DNA from: Eledone cirrhosa
Taxonomy: Eukaryota
Length of the DNA: 64,000 nt
Assembly (NCBI GenBank): GCA_964016885.1
Contig: OZ024741.1
Coordinates: 387,066,001-387,130,000 of the forward strand
Direction of reading: 5' to 3'
The notes under the pieces were generated by a model. That model was given only the letters and a program-made list of their open reading frames with translations, was not told the DNA's origin and did no database searches. Each line of letters opens with the position of its first letter. Position 1 is the first letter of the stretch. Both the position numbers and the translations under genes were made by a program. Below, one piece after another: positions 54,324-64,000 of this stretch.

Positions 54324-57300
54324 TTACCACACTATATACTATATGTACTCCTCTCATACTATATATATATTTACCACACTATATACTATATATATACTCC
54401 CTCATACTATATATATATTTACCACGCTATATACTATATATACTCCCTCATACTATATATATATTTACCACACTATATACAATATATGCTCCCTCATACT
54501 ATATATATATTTACCACACTATATAATATATATACTCCCTCATACTATATATATATTTACCACACTATATACTATATATATACTCCCTCATACTATATAT
54601 ATATTTACCAAACTATATACTATATATATACTCCCACATACTATATATATACTTACCACACTATATACTATATATATACTCCCTCATACTATATATATAT
54701 TTACCACACTATATACTATATATATACTCCCTCATACTATATATATATTTACCACACTATATACTATATATATACTCCCTCACACTATATATATATTTAC
54801 CACACTATATACTATATATACTCCCTCATACTATATATATATTTACCACACTATATACTATATAGATACTCCCTCATACTCTATATATATTTACCACACT
54901 ATATACTATATATACTCCCTCATACTATATATATATTTACCACACGATATACTATATATACTCCCCTCACGCTATATATATATATTTACCACACTATATA
55001 CTATATATACTCCCTCATACTATATATATATTTACCACACTATATACAATATATACTCCCTCATACTATATATACATTCACCACACTATATACGATATAT
55101 ATATATACTACCCTCACACTATATATATATTTACCACATTATATACTATATATACTCCCTCATACTATATATATATTTACCACACTATAGACAATATATA
55201 CTCACCTCACACTATATATATATTTACCACACTATATACTATATATACTATCCTCATACTATATATATATTTACCACACTATATACTATATATACTCCCT
55301 CATACTATATATATATTTACCACACTATATACTATATATATACTCCCTCATACTCTATATATATTTACCACACTATATATTATATATACTCCCTCATACT
55401 ATATATATATTTACCACAATATATACTATATATACTCCCCTCACACTATATATATATATTTACCACACTATATACTATATATACTCCCTCATACTATATA
55501 TATATTTACCACACTATATACTATATATACTCCCCTCACACTATATATATATATTTACCACACTATATACTATATATACTCCCTCATACTATATATATAT
55601 TTACCACACTATATACAATATATACTCCCTCATACTATATATACATTCACCACACTATATACGATATATATATATACTACCCTCACACTATATATATATT
55701 TACCACATTATATACTATATATACTCCCTCATACTATATATATATTTACCACACTATAGACAATATATACTCACCTCACACTATATATATATTTACCACA
55801 CTATATACTATATATACTCTCCTCATACTATATATATATTTACCACACTATATACAATATATACTCCCTCACACTATATATATATTTACCACACTATATA
55901 CTATATATACTCCTCTCACGCTACATATATATATTTACCACACTATATACTATATATACTCCCTCACACTATATATATATTTACCACACTATATACTATA
56001 TATATACTCCCTCAGACTATATATACATTCACCACACTATATACTATATATATACTCCCTCATACTATATATATATTTACCACACTATATACTATATATA
56101 TACTCCCACATACTATATATATATTTACCACACTATATACTATATATATACTCCCTCATACTATATATAAATTTACCACACTATATACTATATATACTCC
56201 CTCATACTATATATATATATATTTACAACACTATATACAATATATACTCCCACATACTATATATATATTTACCACACTATATACTATATATATACTCCCC
56301 TCACACTATATATATATTTACCACACTATATACAATATATACTCCCTCATACTATATATATATTTACCACACTATATACTATATATACTCACCTCCTACT
56401 ATATATATATTTACCACACTATATACTATATATACTCCCCTCACACTATATATATATTTACCACACTATATACTATGTATACTCCCTCACACTATATATA
56501 TATTTACCACACTATATACTATATATATACTCCAGTCACACTATATATATATTTACCACACTATATACTATATATACTCCCCTCACACTATATATATATT
56601 TACCACACTATATACAATATATACTCCCTCACACTATATATATATATTTACCACACTATATACAATATATACTCCCTCATACTATATATATATTTACCAC
56701 ACTATATATACTCCCTCACACTATATATATATTTACCACACTATATACTATATATACTCCCCTCACACTATATATATATTTACCACACTATATACTATGT
56801 ATACTCCCTCACACTATATATATATTTACCACACTATATACTATATATATACTCCAGTCACACTATATATATATTTACCACACTATATACTATATATACT
56901 CCCCTCACACTATATATATATTTACCACACTATATACAATATATACTCCCTCACACTATATATATATATTTACCACACTATATACAATATATACTCCCTC
57001 ATACTATATATATATTTACCACACTATATATACTCCCTCACACTATATATATATTTACCACACTATATACAATATATATACTCTCCTCACACTATATATA
57101 TATTTAACACACTATATACTATATATATACTCCCACATACTATATATATATTTACCACACTATATACTATATAGACTCCCTCATACTATATATATATTTA
57201 CCACACTATATACTATATATACTCCCACATACTATATTTATATTTACCGCACTATATACGATATATATACTCCCACATACTATATATATATTTACCACAC

Positions 57301-60300
57301 TATATACTATATATACTCCCCTCACACTATATATATATTTACCACACTATATACTATATATATACTCCTCTCATACTATATATATATTTACCACACTATA
57401 TACAATATATATACTCCCCTCACACTATATATATATATTTACCACACTATATACAGTATATACTCCCTCATACTCTATATATATTTACCACACTATATAC
57501 TATATATATACTCCTCTCACACTATATATATATTTACCACACTATATACTATATATACTCCCTCACGCTACATATATATATATTTACCACACTATATACT
57601 ATATATACTCCCACATACTATATATATATATTTACCACACTATATACTATATATATACTCCTCTCACACTATATATATATTTACCACACTATATACTATA
57701 TATACTCCCCTCACACTATATATATATTTACCACACTATATACTATATATATATATACTACCCTCACACTATATATATATATTTACCACACTATATACTA
57801 TATATATACTCCCTCATACTATATATATATTTACCACACTATATACTATATATATACTCCCTCATACTATATATATATTTACCACGCTATATACTATATA
57901 TACTCCCTCATACTATATATATATTTACCACACTATATACAATATATGCTCCCTCATACTATATATATATTTACCACACTATATAATATATATACTCCCT
58001 CATACTATATATATATTTACCACACTATATACTATATATATACTCCCTCATACTATATATATATTTACCAAACTATATACTATATATATACTCCCACATA
58101 CTATATATATATTTACCACACTATATACTATATATATACTCCCTCATACTATATATATATTTACCACACTATATACTATATATATACTCCCTCATACTAT
58201 ATATATATTTACCACACTATATACTATATATATACTCCCTCACACTATATATATATTTACCACACTATATACTATATATACTCCCTCATACTATATATAT
58301 ATTTACCACACTATATACTATATATATACTCCCTCATACTCTATATATATTTACCACACTATATACTATATATACTCCCTCATACTATATATATATTTAC
58401 CACACGATATACTATATATACTCCCCTCACGCTATATATATATATTTACCACACTATATACTATATATACTCCCTCATACTATATATATATTTACCACAC
58501 TATATACAATATATACTCCCTCATACTATATATACATTCACCACACTATATACGATATATATATATACTACCCTCACACTATATATATATTTACCACATT
58601 ATATACTATATATACTCCCTCATACTATATATATATTTACCACACTATAGACAATATATACTCACCTCACACTATATATATATTTACCACACTATATACT
58701 ATATATACTCTCCTCATACTATATATATATTTACCACACTATATACTATATATACTCCCTCATACTATATATATATTTACCACACTATATACTATATATA
58801 TACTCCCTCATACTCTATATATATTTACCACACTATATATTATATATACTCCCTCATACTATATATATATTTACCACAATATATACTATATATACTCCCC
58901 TCACACTATATATATATATTTACCACACTATATACTATATATACTCCCTCATACTATATATATATTTACCACACTATATACTATATATACTCCCCTCACA
59001 CTATATATATATATTTACCACACTATATACTATATATACTCCCTCATACTATATATATATTTACCACACTATATACAATATATACTCCCTCATACTATAT
59101 ATACATTCACCACACTATATACGATATATATATATACTACCCTCACACTATATATATATTTACCACATTATATACTATATATACTCCCTCATACTATATA
59201 TATATTTACCACACTATAGACAATATATACTCACCTCACACTATATATATATTTACCACACTATATACTATATATACTCTCCTCATACTATATATATATT
59301 TACCACACTATATACAATATATACTCCCTCACACTATATATATATTTACCACACTATATACTATATATACTCCTCTCACGCTACATATATATATTTACCA
59401 CACTATATACTATATATACTCCCTCACACTATATATATATTTACCACACTATATACTATATATATACTCCCTCAGACTATATATACATTCACCACACTAT
59501 ATACTATATATATACTCCCTCATACTATATATATATTTACCACACTATATACTATATATATACTCCCACATACTATATATATATTTACCACACTATATAC
59601 TATATATATACTCCCTCATACTATATATAAATTTACCACACTATATACTATATATACTCCCTCATACTATATATATATATATTTACAACACTATATACAA
59701 TATATACTCCCACATACTATATATATATTTACCACACTATATACTATATATATACTCCCCTCACACTATATATATATTTACCACACTATATACAATATAT
59801 ACTCCCTCATACTATATATATATTTACCACACTATATACTATATATACTCACCTCCTACTATATATATATTTACCACACTATATACTATATATACTCCCC
59901 TCACACTATATATATATTTACCACACTATATACTATGTATACTCCCTCACACTATATATATATTTACCACACTATATACTATATATATACTCCAGTCACA
60001 CTATATATATATTTACCACACTATATACTATATATACTCCCCTCACACTATATATATATTTACCACACTATATACAATATATACTCCCTCACACTATATA
60101 TATATATTTACCACACTATATACAATATATACTCCCTCATACTATATATATATTTACCACACTATATATACTCCCTCACACTATATATATATTTACCACA
60201 CTATATACTATATATACTCCCCTCACACTATATATATATTTACCACACTATATACTATGTATACTCCCTCACACTATATATATATTTACCACACTATATA

Positions 60301-63300
60301 CTATATATATACTCCAGTCACACTATATATATATTTACCACACTATATACTATATATACTCCCCTCACACTATATATATATTTACCACACTATATACAAT
60401 ATATACTCCCTCACACTATATATATATATTTACCACACTATATACAATATATACTCCCTCATACTATATATATATTTACCACACTATATATACTCCCTCA
60501 TACTATATATATATTTACCACACTATATACTATATATACTCCCCTCACACTATATATATATATTTACCACACTATATACTATATATACTCCCTCATACTA
60601 TATATATATTTACCACACTATATACAATATATACTCCCTCATACTATATATACATTCACCACACTATATACGATATATATATATACTACCCTCACACTAT
60701 ATATATATTTACCACATTATATACTATATATACTCCCTCATACTATATATATATTTACCACACTATAGACAATATATACTCACCTCACACTATATATATA
60801 TTTACCACACTATATACTATATATACTCTCCTCATACTATATATATATTTACCACACTATATACAATATATACTCCCTCACACTATATATATATTTACCA
60901 CACTATATACTATATATACTCCTCTCACGCTACATATATATATTTACCACACTATATACTATATATACTCCCTCACACTATATATATATTTACCACACTA
61001 TATACTATATATATACTCCCTCAGACTATATATACATTCACCACACTATATACTATATATATACTCCCTCATACTATATATATATTTACCACACTATATA
61101 CTATATATATACTCCCACATACTATATATATATTTACCACACTATATACTATATATATACTCCCTCATACTATATATAAATTTACCACACTATATACTAT
61201 ATATACTCCCTCATACTATATATATATATATTTACAACACTATATACAATATATACTCCCACATACTATATATATATTTACCACACTATATACTATATAT
61301 ATACTCCCCTCACACTATATATATATTTACCACACTATATACAATATATACTCCCTCATACTATATATATATTTACCACACTATATACTATATATACTCA
61401 CCTCCTACTATATATATATTTACCACACTATATACTATATATACTCCCCTCACACTATATATATATTTACCACACTATATACTATGTATACTCCCTCACA
61501 CTATATATATATTTACCACACTATATACTATATATATACTCCAGTCACACTATATATATATTTACCACACTATATACTATATATACTCCCCTCACACTAT
61601 ATATATATTTACCACACTATATACAATATATACTCCCTCACACTATATATATATATTTACCACACTATATACAATATATACTCCCTCATACTATATATAT
61701 ATTTACCACACTATATATACTCCCTCACACTATATATATATTTACCACACTATATACTATATATACTCCCCTCACACTATATATATATTTACCACACTAT
61801 ATACTATGTATACTCCCTCACACTATATATATATTTACCACACTATATACTATATATATACTCCAGTCACACTATATATATATTTACCACACTATATACT
61901 ATATATACTCCCCTCACACTATATATATATTTACCACACTATATACAATATATACTCCCTCACACTATATATATATATTTACCACACTATATACAATATA
62001 TACTCCCTCATACTATATATATATTTACCACACTATATATACTCCCTCACACTATATATATATTTACCACACTATATACAATATATATACTCTCCTCACA
62101 CTATATATATATTTAACACACTATATACTATATATATACTCCCACATACTATATATATATTTACCACACTATATACTATATAGACTCCCTCATACTATAT
62201 ATATATTTACCACACTATATACTATATATACTCCCACATACTATATTTATATTTACCGCACTATATACGATATATATACTCCCACATACTATATATATAT
62301 TTACCACACTATATACTATATATACTCCCCTCACACTATATATATATTTACCACACTATATACTATATATATACTCCTCTCATACTATATATATATTTAC
62401 CACACTATATACAATATATATACTCCCCTCACACTATATATATATATTTACCACACTATATACAGTATATACTCCCTCATACTCTATATATATTTACCAC
62501 ACTATATACTATATATATACTCCTCTCACACTATATATATATTTACCACACTATATACTATATATACTCCCTCACGCTACATATATATATATTTACCACA
62601 CTATATACTATATATACTCCCACATACTATATATATATATTTACCACACTATATACTATATATATACTCCTCTCACACTATATATATATTTACCACACTA
62701 TATACTATATATACTCCCCTCACACTATATATATATTTACCACACTATATACTATATATATATATACTACCCTCACACTATATATATATATTTACCACAC
62801 TATATACTATATATATACTCCCTCATACTATATATATATTTACCACACTATATACTATATATATACTCCCTCATACTATATATATATTTACCACGCTATA
62901 TACTATATATACTCCCTCATACTATATATATATTTACCACACTATATACAATATATGCTCCCTCATACTATATATATATTTACCACACTATATAATATAT
63001 ATACTCCCTCATACTATATATATATTTACCACACTATATACTATATATATACTCCCTCATACTATATATATATTTACCAAACTATATACTATATATATAC
63101 TCCCACATACTATATATATATTTACCACACTATATACTATATATATACTCCCTCATACTATATATATATTTACCACACTATATACTATATATATACTCCC
63201 TCATACTATATATATATTTACCACACTATATACTATATATATACTCCCTCACACTATATATATATTTACCACACTATATACTATATATACTCCCTCATAC

Positions 63301-64000
63301 TATATATATATTTACCACACTATATACTATATATATACTCCCTCATACTCTATATATATTTACCACACTATATACTATATATACTCCCTCATACTATATA
63401 TATATTTACCACACGATATACTATATATACTCCCCTCACGCTATATATATATATTTACCACACTATATACTATATATACTCCCTCATACTATATATATAT
63501 TTACCACACTATATACAATATATACTCCCTCATACTATATATACATTCACCACACTATATACGATATATATATATACTACCCTCACACTATATATATATT
63601 TACCACATTATATACTATATATACTCCCTCATACTATATATATATTTACCACACTATAGACAATATATACTCACCTCACACTATATATATATTTACCACA
63701 CTATATACTATATATACTCTCCTCATACTATATATATATTTACCACACTATATACTATATATACTCCCTCATACTATATATATATTTACCACACTATATA
63801 CTATATATATATACTCCCTCATACTCTATATATATTTACCACACTATATATTATATATACTCCCTCATACTATATATATATTTACCACAATATATACTAT
63901 ATATACTCCCCTCACACTATATATATATATATTTACCACACTATATACTATATATACTCCCTCATACTATATATATATTTACCACACTATATACTATATA

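Larger units (their letters stand above)
37060..64000. repeat. Satellite 2: ~46-bp unit TTTACCACACTATATACTATATATACTCCCTCATACTATATATATA; continues beyond the window
   Basis: Directly visible. Variation is concentrated in the C-rich segment and the (TA)n lengths. Almost no G on the plus strand. Confidence 0.98.

Noticed and set aside
36822-63659. Long (up to 983 aa) Y/I/T/H/L/P-rich ORFs
   Set aside because: The G-free strand rarely forms stop codons, so overlapping frames are open at once. No coding signal.
37060-64000. Telomeric repeat array
   Set aside because: C-rich strand, but no (CCCTAA)n or other short telomere unit; the monomer is ~46 bp.

Overview
Eukaryotic, AT-rich, gene-free repeat landscape. 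The SINE/LINE families look cephalopod (Octopus-like), which is an inference from recall, not a search. No intact protein-coding or RNA gene is supported. Bases 1-17.6 kb are a dense pile of degraded non-LTR retrotransposons (Tx1/L1 clade, several RTE families, CR1 tails), tRNA-derived SINEs, MITE ends and microsatellites. Bases ~17.75-35.5 kb are a tandem array of a 36-bp constant core separated by variable (TG)n, with a ~4.3-kb higher-order duplication. A ~1.5-kb island with a non-autonomous Helitron and a mariner-type MITE separates it from a second, G-depleted ~46-bp satellite (37.06 kb to window end). That satellite carries two near-identical CR1 insertions and nested higher-order repeats. 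The long H/T/Y/I-rich ORFs are repeat artefacts. The most notable signals are a twin-priming-type inversion in an RTE-like LINE, a Tx1 family apparently inserting at (AAT)n, and the satellite architectures. I see no convincing novel gene system. Coordinates were read by eye and boundaries are approximate.
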